Shown: in pieces, positions 1 to 11,143 of the stretch
Position numbering within the stretch: position 1 is the stretch's first letter
Layout: each line of letters begins with the position of its first letter
From: Bacilli bacterium
GTDB lineage: Bacteria > Bacillota_I > Bacilli_A > ML615J-28 > CAG-698
Direction of reading: 5' to 3'
Length of the DNA: 64,000 nucleotides
Assembly: GCA_050953065.1 (NCBI GenBank)
Contig: JBMNLZ010000003.1
Coordinates: 96,001-160,000 of the forward strand
The notes under the pieces: generated by a model
What the model was told of the DNA's origin: nothing
Database searches by the model: none
The model's input: only the letters and a program-made list of their open reading frames with translations
Position numbers and translations under genes: made by a program

Positions 1-1324
1 CAACTTTTAAAAAGTTATCTAATTCTTCTTTAGTTTTAGTATAAGTTACACAAAGAAGCAAATGATTTTTTAATTCATTTGAAACCTTAGAAAGATTTAG
101 TCCACCTAAGATATCATTTTTTAATAATTCGCTATTTAATTTTTCAATATCACCATCATAATAAATAACAAACTCATTAAAGAATTCATGATTAGTTACC
201 TTTTTAAATCCTTTTATCTTTAGTAATTCATTATATAAATAATGTGCTTTAGATAAAGATTCTAAATTAGAATTTACTAAGCCATTTTTTCCCATTAACA
301 TCGCATATAATAAAACTTGTAAAGCCATCAAAGATTGATTAGAACAAATATTAGAACTAGCTTTTTCTCTCCTAATATGTTGCTCACGAGCCTGCAATGT
401 TAAAACAAAGGCACGATGTCCTTCGATGTCATTTGTTAGGCCTACAATACGTCCAGGTAGTTTTCTTACTAGGTAAGATTTACATGCTAAATACCCCAAA
501 TATGGCCCTCCAAAAGCAAGTGACAGTCCCATACTTTGAGCCTCTCCGCAGGCAATATCAGCCTTCATTTCACCTGGAGATTTTAGAATACTTAAACTAT
601 TTAGAGGCGAGTTAACAATAAACAAACTTTTATATTGATCTAATAATTCTCTTACTTCAACATCTTCTAAAAGACCAAAAAAGTTAGGAGTTTGAAGCAC
701 AAAAGCGGCTACATCACTATCTAACTTTTCTTTTAAATCATTTAAGCATACTAAAAAGTTATTGTTTTTAACTAAAACAATCTCAATGTTTCTATATTTT
801 AAATAAGTCCTAATAACCTCTAATGTATTAGGATTAATAGTATCTGCAATTAAAACTTTATTTCTTTTAGTGTGAACAACAGCCATAAAAATAGCTTCAA
901 CTGTAGCAGTTGCTCCATCATACATTGAAGCATTACTTGCATCCATTTCAGTTAACTCACAAACTAAAGATTGAAACTCAAAGATATATTGTAAAGTTCC
1001 TTGTGAGATTTCTGCTTGATAAGGTGTATAAGATGTTAAAAACTCTTGACGTGAAGCAATAGTTTTTACTGCTGCAGGAGTATATGCCTCATATGCACCC
1101 GCACCTAAAAATGAAACTAATTTTTTATTTAAATTAGAATCATTTTCTATTCTTTTATATAATTCTCTTTCACTTAATGCAGATGGTAAGTCAAGTTCAC
1201 CTTTAATTAATTTGTCTTTTGGGATAGTTTTAAATAAATCTTCAACTTTTTCTTTACCAATTAAAGATAACATTTCCTCAATATCTTTTTTAGTATGCGG
1301 AAAATACCTATGGTTTACTTGCAT
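1..1324 (-). CDS. gcvPA: Glycine dehydrogenase (decarboxylating) subunit 1, 3' end runs off the window
   Basis: Manual translation from ATG at 1324 (overlaps gcvH end): MQVNHRYFPHTKKDIEEML...SPGEMKADIACGEAQSMGLSLAFGGPYLG...LQAREQHIRREKASSNICSNQ. The segments checked are in frame through position 1; follows gcvT-gcvH. Confidence 0.95.
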   Translation of the reverse strand, partial: MQVNHRYFPHTKKDIEEMLSLIGKEKVEDLFKTIPKDKLIKGELDLPSALSERELYKRIENDSNLNKKLVSFLGAGAYEAYTPAAVKTIASRQEFLTSYTPYQAEISQGTLQYIFEFQSLVCELTEMDASNASMYDGATATVEAIFMAVVHTKRNKVLIADTINPNTLEVIRTYLKYRNIEIVLVKNNNFLVCLNDLKEKLDSDVAAFVLQTPNFFGLLEDVEVRELLDQYKSLFIVNSPLNSLSILKSPGEMKADIACGEAQSMGLSLAFGGPYLGYLACKSYLVRKLPGRIVGLTNDIEGHRAFVLTLQAREQHIRREKASSNICSNQSLMALQVLLYAMLMGKNGLVNSNLESLSKAHYLYNELLKIKGFKKVTNHEFFNEFVIYYDGDIEKLNSELLKNDILGGLNLSKVSNELKNHLLLCVTYTKTKEELDNFLKV

Positions 1325-1692
1325 AATAAAAGATATTCCTCTGAATCTAATAGTTCATCTAAAGTAGCCTCATCAGTAATTTCTACTTTAATTAACCACG
1401 CACTATAAGCATCTTCATTAATAGCCTCAGGTGCATCAACTAAAGCATCATTTACTTCTACTACAACTCCAGTTACAGGAGAATTAATATCAGAAGCTGC
1501 TTTTACTGATTCGATTGCTGCAAAACTTTCTTTATAAGTTACCTTATCTCCAACTTGGTTTAATTCTAAATAAACAATGTCTCCAAGACTGTCTTGTGCA
1601 TAATCAGTAATGCCGATTGTTGCAATGCTACCATCAATTTTTACCCATTCATGTGAATCTAAATACTTTAATTCTTTTTTAACTTTACTCAT
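1315..1692 (-). CDS. gcvH: Glycine cleavage system H protein
   Basis: SHEWV, GITDYAQDSLGDIVY and lipoyl-lysine motif IESVKAASD; gcv operon context. Confidence 0.97.
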   Translation of the reverse strand: MSKVKKELKYLDSHEWVKIDGSIATIGITDYAQDSLGDIVYLELNQVGDKVTYKESFAAIESVKAASDINSPVTGVVVEVNDALVDAPEAINEDAYSAWLIKVEITDEATLDELLDSEEYLLLCK

Positions 1693-1719
1693 TTTTTAAA
1701 ATTACCTTTCTTTTATCTA

Positions 1720-2796
1720 TTATTTCTTTTTATTTAAAAATCTCTTATCTCTAATTAATGCTCTTACAAACGAATTTCTAATTTTAACTAATACTTCACT
1801 TCCAACAATAGCATGTTCAGACTTAATAAATGCTTGAGCATAAACTTTATTTGAATTTGGAATCATATAACCAGTTGTTATAACACCTATTTCTTTATCT
1901 TTTAAATATATAGGATAAGAATGTCTTGCAATTCCTCTTTCAAGAAGCTCTAATCCAACTAACTTTCTACTTACTCCTACTTCTCTTAATTCTAACAAAG
2001 CCTTTTTACCAATAAAGTCTTTGTTATAGCCAATTGCATAATTAAGACCAGCTTCAAGCGGAGAGATATCTTCTCCTAATTCGTTTCCATAAAGCGGCAT
2101 TCCCGCCTCAAAGCGCAAAGTATCTCTTGAACCTAAACCACACATTGTAACATTTTTATCTTTACTTAATTTTAAAAACAAAGCATAAATATCATCGTTT
2201 TTACCATAAATTTCAAAACCATCTTCTCCAGTATAACCACTCCTTGAAACTAAAAATTTTTTATCAATAATAGTCATACTATCAAAACGAAAGAATTTTA
2301 AATTGTCTAATTCATAATCAGTATACTTTTCTAAAACTATACTTGCATTAGGGCCTTGCAAAGCAAGCAAGCCTATCTCATTAGACCTATCAATGACGCT
2401 ACAATTAAAATTACCAACTTGACTTAAAATCCATTCATAATCTTTATCTTTATTTGAAGCATTTACTACTAATAAAATATTATCATTAGCTAACTTATAA
2501 ACCATTAAATCATCAATCACACAACCTCTTTCATTTAAAAGTAATCCGTAAAGCATTTTAGAGTCTTCAACACTTTCTACATCACTTGAAATTATGTAGT
2601 TAGCAAACTTTAAAGCATTCGCTCCTTTAATATAGATCTCTCCCATATGACAAACATCAAACAATCCACATTCTTCTCTTACAGCTTTATGTTCTATAGA
2701 AATTGATGAGTATTCTAAAGGCATCAAAAAGCCTCCAAATTCTACCATTTTAGCATTTAATTTTAAATGTTCTTCGTATAAAATAGTTTTTTTCAT
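1720..2796 (-). CDS. gcvT: Glycine cleavage system aminomethyltransferase T
   Basis: Motifs FGGFLMPLEY, GLFDVCHMGE, SRSGYTGEDGFE, GLGSRDTLRFEAGMPLYG. Confidence 0.97.
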   Translation of the reverse strand: MKKTILYEEHLKLNAKMVEFGGFLMPLEYSSISIEHKAVREECGLFDVCHMGEIYIKGANALKFANYIISSDVESVEDSKMLYGLLLNERGCVIDDLMVYKLANDNILLVVNASNKDKDYEWILSQVGNFNCSVIDRSNEIGLLALQGPNASIVLEKYTDYELDNLKFFRFDSMTIIDKKFLVSRSGYTGEDGFEIYGKNDDIYALFLKLSKDKNVTMCGLGSRDTLRFEAGMPLYGNELGEDISPLEAGLNYAIGYNKDFIGKKALLELREVGVSRKLVGLELLERGIARHSYPIYLKDKEIGVITTGYMIPNSNKVYAQAFIKSEHAIVGSEVLVKIRNSFVRALIRDKRFLNKKK

Positions 2797-2807
2797 ATTT
2801 CCCTTCC

Positions 2808-3767
2808 TTAAAATAATAATTTAATAAAATCTTCATTTTTGGCTTCTATGATATAGAAAGAGATATCAATCTCTTTTAATTTTTTTAAAAAAGCATCTTT
2901 ACTAAAATCAAGACCTTTAAAATAATTTAAAAATTCATTTAGTTCTAAAAGAGTAAAAAAATCACCTTTTAAATCAATTGTTTTTACTTTTCCTTTATAT
3001 ACATCAACAAACACTTCTAATGTGCCATAACTAAAGGTTATCTTATTTCTATATATAAAGGGTGGTTCTTTTTCTAAAAGCCAATCTTTACTTAAAAAAT
3101 TTTTTTCAATTTTTAAAATTTCTTTTAAATCTTTTTTTGTTAAGATTTGTTTTTCTTTAGCAATAAAATTATTCAAATGATTCATAACTTCTTGTTTGGA
3201 AAGGTTAAGATATTCTTTTAAATTAATAACTCTTTCTTTAACACTTTTAATTCCTTTAGAAATTAACTTTTCATTATTAGGAGTAATTGATTTTACTAAA
3301 GCTTCTATATTAGTATCATAAAGAAACGTCCCATGTAAAATAGAACCTTCGCTAGTTTGATAATAAGAATTTCCTGAAAATTTCTTTTCTTTATATAATA
3401 AATCATTTCTTCCAGAAAAATAAACATCCAATCCTATATCTTTTAATGCTAAAGCAATTAACTCTAATCTTTTAAAAACTCTTTTCTTGTTTTTGATTCT
3501 ACTTAAGAAAGTAAACATAAAGCAACCATCATCAGCATAAATTGCACCACCTCCTGATGGTCTTCTGTAAACAAACAAATTATTTTTCTTAACATAGTCC
3601 ATATTAACTTCTGCTTCCATTAGTTGGTGTTTTCCAATTACAATTGATGCATCAATATCCCATAAAAAGAAAAACTCTTCTTTTGAACTAATTAATAAAT
3701 ATTCTTCTAATGCTAAATAAAAAGAAACTCTTTGTTTGCCTAAACTACTTAAATCAATTACTTTCAT
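2808..3767 (-). CDS. lplA: Lipoate-protein ligase A
   Basis: LALEEY, RRPSGGGAIYAD, GRND, KFSGN, HGTFL motifs; adjacent to the gcv genes. Confidence 0.93.
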   Translation of the reverse strand: MKVIDLSSLGKQRVSFYLALEEYLLISSKEEFFFLWDIDASIVIGKHQLMEAEVNMDYVKKNNLFVYRRPSGGGAIYADDGCFMFTFLSRIKNKKRVFKRLELIALALKDIGLDVYFSGRNDLLYKEKKFSGNSYYQTSEGSILHGTFLYDTNIEALVKSITPNNEKLISKGIKSVKERVINLKEYLNLSKQEVMNHLNNFIAKEKQILTKKDLKEILKIEKNFLSKDWLLEKEPPFIYRNKITFSYGTLEVFVDVYKGKVKTIDLKGDFFTLLELNEFLNYFKGLDFSKDAFLKKLKEIDISFYIIEAKNEDFIKLLF

Positions 3768-3914
3768 TTCATTTCCTCAAATATCTATTATATAATAACA
3801 TAATTCAGATATTTTTTAAAGATAAAAAAATGATTATATAATTAAGTTTATGCTTTAAATATGATTAAACTTAAAAACTTTTTCCCTTTTAATTTTTTCT
3901 TAAACGCATTCATT

Positions 3915-3951
3915 AAAAACACTTCCTACCGATTGGTAGAAAGTGTTTTTT
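3915..3951 (-). terminator. Intrinsic terminator at the end of the surface-protein cluster
   Basis: Inverted repeat AAAAACACTT-CCTACC/GGTAGA-AAGTGTTTTT with A/T tracts on both sides, ~55 nt downstream of the 2364-aa gene. Confidence 0.75.
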
Positions 3952-4006
3952 AAATAATAATATTAGAAAAAGTCAATATTACTATCAATTAAAATTTGAA
4001 AAAACT

Positions 4007-7000
4007 TTAGTACGAAGCTGTAACTGCTATAGACTTGCCTATGTTAATTGATGCACCAGTATTTACAGCAGTCAGTGTAGCACTTCCAGAGCCTCCAGAA
4101 GTTACACTTATACCAACCTCATAGCTACCATTACTTACAATTTGAATTGGTGGATCACCACTTGTAGTCAAACTTGCCCAAGCTGGATTTGCATAAATTC
4201 CCATATTCATAGCAGTACCTGCCAAATTATAAACTTGAATTCTAAACATTCTAGCACTAGAACTTGTTCTTCTAGCTGAATATTCACCTGTTATTGTTGC
4301 TTGACTAGTAGATGCAACAGTATCTTGAGCACCAGAAATATAATTCCACAATGCTATTCTAAATAACACTTCAGGTACAACATGCATACAAATTCTAACC
4401 TTTATACCATCCCATCCAGCTTGATTTTTAAATGCTATTGTAATCCAACTCCAACCAGCACCAGTAGGATCTAATATATTAGCACTTCCACCTCTTAATA
4501 CAATTGCACTTGTATTAGATGATGTAATATTTGTATTATTTCCAAATGTAAATCCACTAAACGGAATAGTAGAAACTTGAAGTGAAATACGGTCAACGTT
4601 ATGTAAATTTCTAATTTTCCATTTTGTAGCAGCATTAGCTGTATATGTAATCAAAGGAGCTGCTGGTGCATTAATTCTTTGGTCATATAAATAACTTACA
4701 AAATTAGTTGCATTTGTACTGCCGTTATGGAATGTAGTACCTAAAGGTGCTTTCATTTTAGCATAGAATGTTTTATTACCAGTTTGACCTGCTGGAATAG
4801 AAGTTACTGCAGAGCCAGAGAAAGCATATGTATCATAATTTGGAGCATCTGCATACCATCCTTCATGATCCCAAGTAGAGCCACTCCATGCAGCAGGTAG
4901 TGAAGTCGCACTTGCTACAGTATATGTACTTGGAGTAAGAGCTCTTGTATTATATGCAAATAGTTGAGTTGAAGAATTATAAGCATCAACAGAACGATAA
5001 GTTATACTATAAGTTATAACAGTCCATTGAGCATAAAGTGTAGTATCAGCTGAAACATTATAAACAGTTGTTTCTGTATAAGTTGTACCACTTCCGTTTA
5101 CAGCAGTATTCCAGCCATTAAATGTATAACCTGTTCTAGATGTGGTTGCTAAAGTACCTACTGCAGCACCAACTGTTACTTGTTTACTAGTTGGGCTAGG
5201 AGTTGAACCACCATTACCATCAAAATACAGTGTATAAGCATCGCCAACCCAAGAAGCATATAAAGTAATACTTTCAAATTTATCCCAATTTCTAGCACTT
5301 GTCATCGAAGCAGTATAGTATTGCGTTCCGCTACCATTTGTACCTGTCCAATAGCCATTAAATGTCCACCCTGTTCTTGTAGGAGCAGTTGCTGCTGGCA
5401 TTGGTTGGCCATAAGTAGCTTGAACGCTATCGCTTCCACCAGTTCCACTTTGTTTATTAAAAGTAATATTAAATTGAGTCGCAAAAGTTCCATTATAAGT
5501 AGAGACTTGAGTCCATAATGCATAATATTTTTCAGCAGGAACAACTCCAGCAGCAACGCTAGTTATAGCACCACCTGTAAAGCTTGGGTTATTATACCAA
5601 CCACCAAACAAATATCCTTCTCTATATGGTGCTCTTAATGGAGCCACAGTTCCATCGCGATAAGATGTAATTTGATAAGTTACAGTTTGTTGAGCTCTTG
5701 ACGATCCACTTACGTAATATCTTAAAGTTGGAGTAGGAATTGAACCACGCAATTGTGTAAACAAAGTATCATTAAGTGTTCCAGTTACTCCTTGAGTTCC
5801 ATAGAAATATCCATCTAAAATAAAGCCAAATCCAGCAATTCCATATCCATCTGTTGAGTTCATCGATTCAATCACAGGATATTGATTTCTCTTTAATTGA
5901 TATAATTCATAAACAAGTTCAAATACATTAGCATATTTACTCTTATAAGGTTCTGTTCCTAAAAATCCACCTGATACGTTTTTACCTGAAATCGAACTCC
6001 AGAAGAATTGCGAATATCCATCATTACTAAAAAATGATACAGAACCCAAACCGCCATATCTATCAGAGGTATGGTTATACCACGCTCTTGGGTCAACAGC
6101 ATCGGCACTAAAAGCTGCCCAAGTTGTTTTTCTAAATTCAGCTCTTACCAAACTAGAACTTAACAAGTTATTATCATATAAATAATGATAAAAATCTTGC
6201 ATAAACATTTCTGGTAAATTCGATACGCTATCTATTCCATTGGCAGGATTGCTTACAGTACCTGTTGTCCAAGTCCATGAACCACCATTTAATTCATATG
6301 TAAGATTGAAATTCCAGATAGCATAAAGCGTTATATTATTAGCAACTTGATATACAGTTGTAGCTGTATATGCTTGACCACTTCCGTTTGCAGCAGTATT
6401 CCATTCTACAAAAGTAGCTCTTGTTCTACTAGTAGTTGCTAAAGCACCTACTTGAGCATCATAAGTTACTTGTTTTGTTGCAGGATTTGGATCTGTTGCA
6501 TCTGAACAGTTTTTATTGAAAGTAATAGTATATACATTAGGAGTCCATTTTGACCAATATTGAATATCTTTTGTTACTGTAATATTCATAGCATCTTGAG
6601 CTTTATTAATCAAACCTGGTTCAGTATACCAGCCACCAAAAGAATAACCCGTTTTTGTATAACCTGGAGTTATAACAGCGTTATATTGATAAATGCCAAA
6701 AACCTTATTTTCTCCTTGATCTGTTAAACTTACTAAGTATAGATCTTGTACCCAAACAGCGTAAAGCGTATAAACTCCACCTACTCCTGCTGCTTCAATC
6801 TCTAATAATTCTTCATTAGTAATCACTTGCTTATCAAAGAATTTAATATATAATCCATTTGAATTAAGTGACCAACCTCTAAATGTATGTCCTGCTTTTG
6901 TTAGAGTATTAGTTGACAAAGCAACAGTTGATAAATATGTTTGGTTTTGATTAGGCATTGAGCCTGCCCCACCATTACTATTAAAAGCAATTGAATATGT

Positions 7001-10000
7001 AGTTACTCCCCATTGAGCATAAAGTACTATACTTGCTCCATGAGTTAATGAAATTGGATTAGCTGAACTTATTAAAGCTTGATTACTATAACTTGTACCA
7101 GTGCCATTGGCTTGAGTATTCCAGCCTAAGAATGAATACCCAGCTTTTACAAAAGTATTTGCACATAAATTTTCACTAACATTATATACAAAATCTTGAT
7201 ACGCTGGATTCATTATTCCAGATCCACCATTGGCATCAAAAACTACAGTATATTCTATTGGTATCCAGACAGCTTTTAATAAAGCATCGTGCGGTAAATA
7301 TGCTTGATAAGTATAAGGTACTCCACATTCAAATGTTTCATTAGCTGAGATTTCATATTCCCAACCAACTAATCTATATCCTGTTTTCTTAATTGTTGCA
7401 TCAACCATTCTAACAGTTGATAATTCACCAAAATAGACATCATCTGTTGCATCGGCTGTTACTCCTTCAATAGAGTAACTTATTGTATCTTTAAACCATG
7501 CAACTAAAACCGTACTTTCATTAATTGCAGTTGAAAAATTAAATGCTGCACCTGCTTTTGTCACTGAAGATCCAACATATAAGTATCCATTATGTGAAGG
7601 AATTAAGTTTCCTCCACTGTATTTATTCCAACCCATAAATGTCCAACCTGACATTGTTGGATTTGCTGGTGCAGTAACTGTAGCACCTTGATTTACAACT
7701 GCAACACTATTAACCTTTAATACTAAATCGCTTGTTATGCTATTAGTTGTATTTCCATCTGCCCAATACATAAAGATTACTTGACGTTTATTAGTAGTCC
7801 AAGTACCACTTGAAGCCGTATATACAATATCTAAAACTCTTTCTCCACCTATTACAAACTCACTAATTGGATTCCCTGCAACACTCCAAGGCCTAACTCC
7901 TTCTTCTATTATTACAGAGTTATCAATAGTTAAAATAGAACCATTTGTTCCAGCTAAAATATATGCTTTTGAACCTTTTAGACTACCAGTTGAAACAGTA
8001 AAATTAGCATTTATTGTTAAATAATAAATTCCTAAGTCTATATTTATATTTTGATTGATTGTTTTAGCTGAATCTAGACTTGTATTCATTAAAAGTGTCA
8101 CAGTAGACCCAACAGAAAGTAAAGCTCTATCAATTGCTGATTCTATACTATTATAATAAATTTCTGACTTATCTGGTAAAGTTACTTTAGCAACACCAGG
8201 TGTCCACTTAGCATAAATCGTAGCAGTTGTTCCAGCACCAACTAATGTTAGTAATTCTGCTCTAGTAATGCTTGCACCAAGTGCTTGAGTAAGTGCCTCA
8301 TCTTTATACCAACCAGCAAAAATGTATCCATAAGCTGCTCCACCAACCATATACGTTCCACGCTTGAAAGGAGTTGGTAACGTATAAGGAAATGATGTTG
8401 TATCAGTTTGTGCAAAAGATTTATTAGCAATTCTATATGGATATGATGAGAAAAAGATATAATCTAAACCATTAGAAACATTTGAGTAATCCATCGTAAT
8501 AGGCCATGTTGTACGTTGTCTATCCGCTAAAAATGCCCAAATTTCATTCTTAACAATATTATGTCCATCACCTGTTTGACCTAAAGTACCATCAAGTAAA
8601 TTTTCAAAATATGTGTTATCTAATCCAGCAGCTTCTCTAATGGACATAATATATTCTATCATCCATAACCAACTAGCTCTTATTGTATTATCATCGAAAA
8701 AAGCAGTTGGTGTACAATTAAATACATCCATTCTTGCAATTAACGCAGTAGCTTCATTATAACCTAAATCACCACTAATCTTCAAATCAACATTACTTGC
8801 AAGAGCTTCTCTTGAGCCACCATCATCATTTCTATGAATATTATAATATTCAGTATAATCAGTTAAAAATTCATTAACCATATCTGTTTTAGTTTCATAA
8901 CTATCTATGACACCTGCATCAAGATTAAATTGTAATAAATAATCCACTGATATCATTTTTTCTTCTAAAACTAAATCTTTTGTTACGGCTTGGTTTCTAA
9001 CAAATTCATTTTCACCTTCATACCAACCATCAAAAATAACATACGCAGTAGTTTCAGGCTCAAAATCATATACACCACCTACACCATTATCTGCAAAGAA
9101 ACTTGCAATAGTACCGTATTTTAATACTTTCAAAACCTTTCCGCCTGTTGTATCAAACTTAACCCAATAATAAGGTTTTGAAATAGAATCATTTGTAAAG
9201 GTAGTTGAACCTGTAATTGAGAATTTATTAATTGTATTTACTTCAGTAACCACATTATTAAATACTTTAATATATTCTGTAATACTACTTACACTACTAA
9301 TTAAAACATCCATATCCATTGATATTTCTAGATAAGTATTATTTGTATTTGCTAGAGTTGGTACTTTTATTTGATTAGTTGATGCAGTACTTACTCCATC
9401 AAAATAAATATCAATCATATATTTTGATGGACTTGCTACTACTGAAACATTTGTTAGATCAATATAACCAACTGTTCCTAAGTTAACCACCTGAACAGTA
9501 CTTACCTTATTAGTTCCATCAGCAGCTTCTGCTGTAATAGTTCCTACAACACTTTTTTCAGAAATAAAGATTCTTGATTTATTGCCTTCTGAAGGCTGTT
9601 TTGAAATAAGAATACTAGCAGCCGTAGATGCACCTTTTTTCGTTTTTAAATCATAAAAACTCAAGCCACTACTTGAATTTAATCTTTGTTCGTCAGCCTC
9701 ATCATATGAAACATTTGCTTTTATATTTCCAGTAACTGATAATTGATCAGCACTAGTATCACCAAATAAAGCAACACTTAGGTTAGGAGCATTTATATTC
9801 AAATCATTTGAAACAACAGTTTTCCCCCCATCTCCCATATCAATATAAATTCTACCAGTAGCATTTGTTGTTATATTTAAATTAACAACATTAAGATTAC
9901 TTCCACTTGGAATATGTAAAAAAACACTATTACTAGCAACTGGTGCTTGGTAACTAAGGTTTCCTGAAATTGTTAAATTAAAACCATTTAAGTCTAAAGT

Positions 10001-11101
10001 TATTCCCTTATAAACTGTTAAATTTTGACTAGTTGAAATATTAGCTGTTAATCTAATAGTATGTTTATTACTAGCTCCCGTTGTTTCATTTAAAGCAGCT
10101 AATAATTCAGTCTCATTACTAACAAGCCAAATTGGACCTTCTTTTTCATTAACTGTATAAACTTGACCAAAAGTAATATGTGATCTTGGCTTTAAATATA
10201 AACTATTACTTGAACCAACATTTTGAGAAGTAACAGTTCCAGTAATAATATTATATTCAAATCTCCAAAATGTAAATCCACCATCTTTATAACCAGGACC
10301 TGTTATTCCATCTAAAAAACACCCTCTATTAGGATTTGCTAAATCACCAATTAAAAGATTTGCTAAATCAGATAAGTCACCTGAAGAAACTAATGCTTCT
10401 GTTCCAAATCTAACTTCCTCATTTAAATATAAGTCAAGTGGAGTTGCCAAATCATCGTATGCAATAACTTCCCACTCATTATTAATATATTGATACATCA
10501 CATAATAACTAGGAGATTTATATAAATAAATTACTCCAGCTGAACCAGTCCCACTTGGTTTTGAAGTTGTATAAGTTTTTGTTATAGGACTTCCCCAACC
10601 AGAGGAAGTTTTTTTATATAAATCATTATTAACAGTATTAACATAATAATTAGAAATTACTCCTAACTCAGAACTAGGAGCACCACTTCCTTTTAAAATC
10701 CTATCCATTCTTAAATTATCTAAAGTATATATCTCATAAATACTATAAGAAAATCTATTTAAATAAAAATCATAACTTAAATCATATGTATCAAAAGATA
10801 ACATTCCATATAAACTAGCAACACCTTTATTTTCCATTGAAAGATATCTAGTACAAGTTTCATCATATTTTTCAATGTAGTCTACAGTATTTTTAGGAAT
10901 TACTTTTCCTGTTTCATCATACCACTGAACATCCATTTGGAAATCATTAACAACTTTAATAGATGCTCCTTGCTCTTTTGAATCATATTTAATTGAATAC
11001 CAAGCATGAGTATTTGAAAGGTAAGCGAATGCTATAAATAACGTCAAAACAACAATCACAATTGATTGTATTCTATAAACTCTCGTTTTCATAGCATTCA
11101 C
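4007..11101 (-). CDS. Giant secreted surface protein (2364 aa) with SipW-class signal peptide and multiple InlB B/Flg_new (Listeria-Bacteroides) repeats
   Basis: N-terminal hydrophobic helix ending THA|WYS; repeats of type F..NGG...P...GY.F.GW.......LYA.W; no LPXTG or C-terminal TM. Start may be ATG at 11092. Confidence 0.8.
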   Translation of the reverse strand: MNAMKTRVYRIQSIVIVVLTLFIAFAYLSNTHAWYSIKYDSKEQGASIKVVNDFQMDVQWYDETGKVIPKNTVDYIEKYDETCTRYLSMENKGVASLYGMLSFDTYDLSYDFYLNRFSYSIYEIYTLDNLRMDRILKGSGAPSSELGVISNYYVNTVNNDLYKKTSSGWGSPITKTYTTSKPSGTGSAGVIYLYKSPSYYVMYQYINNEWEVIAYDDLATPLDLYLNEEVRFGTEALVSSGDLSDLANLLIGDLANPNRGCFLDGITGPGYKDGGFTFWRFEYNIITGTVTSQNVGSSNSLYLKPRSHITFGQVYTVNEKEGPIWLVSNETELLAALNETTGASNKHTIRLTANISTSQNLTVYKGITLDLNGFNLTISGNLSYQAPVASNSVFLHIPSGSNLNVVNLNITTNATGRIYIDMGDGGKTVVSNDLNINAPNLSVALFGDTSADQLSVTGNIKANVSYDEADEQRLNSSSGLSFYDLKTKKGASTAASILISKQPSEGNKSRIFISEKSVVGTITAEAADGTNKVSTVQVVNLGTVGYIDLTNVSVVASPSKYMIDIYFDGVSTASTNQIKVPTLANTNNTYLEISMDMDVLISSVSSITEYIKVFNNVVTEVNTINKFSITGSTTFTNDSISKPYYWVKFDTTGGKVLKVLKYGTIASFFADNGVGGVYDFEPETTAYVIFDGWYEGENEFVRNQAVTKDLVLEEKMISVDYLLQFNLDAGVIDSYETKTDMVNEFLTDYTEYYNIHRNDDGGSREALASNVDLKISGDLGYNEATALIARMDVFNCTPTAFFDDNTIRASWLWMIEYIMSIREAAGLDNTYFENLLDGTLGQTGDGHNIVKNEIWAFLADRQRTTWPITMDYSNVSNGLDYIFFSSYPYRIANKSFAQTDTTSFPYTLPTPFKRGTYMVGGAAYGYIFAGWYKDEALTQALGASITRAELLTLVGAGTTATIYAKWTPGVAKVTLPDKSEIYYNSIESAIDRALLSVGSTVTLLMNTSLDSAKTINQNINIDLGIYYLTINANFTVSTGSLKGSKAYILAGTNGSILTIDNSVIIEEGVRPWSVAGNPISEFVIGGERVLDIVYTASSGTWTTNKRQVIFMYWADGNTTNSITSDLVLKVNSVAVVNQGATVTAPANPTMSGWTFMGWNKYSGGNLIPSHNGYLYVGSSVTKAGAAFNFSTAINESTVLVAWFKDTISYSIEGVTADATDDVYFGELSTVRMVDATIKKTGYRLVGWEYEISANETFECGVPYTYQAYLPHDALLKAVWIPIEYTVVFDANGGSGIMNPAYQDFVYNVSENLCANTFVKAGYSFLGWNTQANGTGTSYSNQALISSANPISLTHGASIVLYAQWGVTTYSIAFNSNGGAGSMPNQNQTYLSTVALSTNTLTKAGHTFRGWSLNSNGLYIKFFDKQVITNEELLEIEAAGVGGVYTLYAVWVQDLYLVSLTDQGENKVFGIYQYNAVITPGYTKTGYSFGGWYTEPGLINKAQDAMNITVTKDIQYWSKWTPNVYTITFNKNCSDATDPNPATKQVTYDAQVGALATTSRTRATFVEWNTAANGSGQAYTATTVYQVANNITLYAIWNFNLTYELNGGSWTWTTGTVSNPANGIDSVSNLPEMFMQDFYHYLYDNNLLSSSLVRAEFRKTTWAAFSADAVDPRAWYNHTSDRYGGLGSVSFFSNDGYSQFFWSSISGKNVSGGFLGTEPYKSKYANVFELVYELYQLKRNQYPVIESMNSTDGYGIAGFGFILDGYFYGTQGVTGTLNDTLFTQLRGSIPTPTLRYYVSGSSRAQQTVTYQITSYRDGTVAPLRAPYREGYLFGGWYNNPSFTGGAITSVAAGVVPAEKYYALWTQVSTYNGTFATQFNITFNKQSGTGGSDSVQATYGQPMPAATAPTRTGWTFNGYWTGTNGSGTQYYTASMTSARNWDKFESITLYASWVGDAYTLYFDGNGGSTPSPTSKQVTVGAAVGTLATTSRTGYTFNGWNTAVNGSGTTYTETTVYNVSADTTLYAQWTVITYSITYRSVDAYNSSTQLFAYNTRALTPSTYTVASATSLPAAWSGSTWDHEGWYADAPNYDTYAFSGSAVTSIPAGQTGNKTFYAKMKAPLGTTFHNGSTNATNFVSYLYDQRINAPAAPLITYTANAATKWKIRNLHNVDRISLQVSTIPFSGFTFGNNTNITSSNTSAIVLRGGSANILDPTGAGWSWITIAFKNQAGWDGIKVRICMHVVPEVLFRIALWNYISGAQDTVASTSQATITGEYSARRTSSSARMFRIQVYNLAGTAMNMGIYANPAWASLTTSGDPPIQIVSNGSYEVGISVTSGGSGSATLTAVNTGASINIGKSIAVTASY
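6750..8230. repeat. Near-identical duplicated segment; second copy at ~14320-15800 (offset ~7.57 kb)
   Basis: For example 7203-7500 and 14775-15072 read almost base-for-base identical; further shared blocks at ~9060-9500/16610-17050. Boundaries approximate. Confidence 0.9.
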
Positions 11102-11143
11102 CCCCTTTTATTTAAATTTTTAATTAAAAATTACAAACTATCT

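Noticed and set aside
397-615. 72-aa plus-strand ORF
   Set aside because: Antisense to the well-supported gcvPA frame.
3768-4006. Glycine riboswitch upstream of lplA-gcvT
   Set aside because: No GGAGA...CCGAAG...CTCTCAGG pattern visible; the region is AT-rich with only a terminator.
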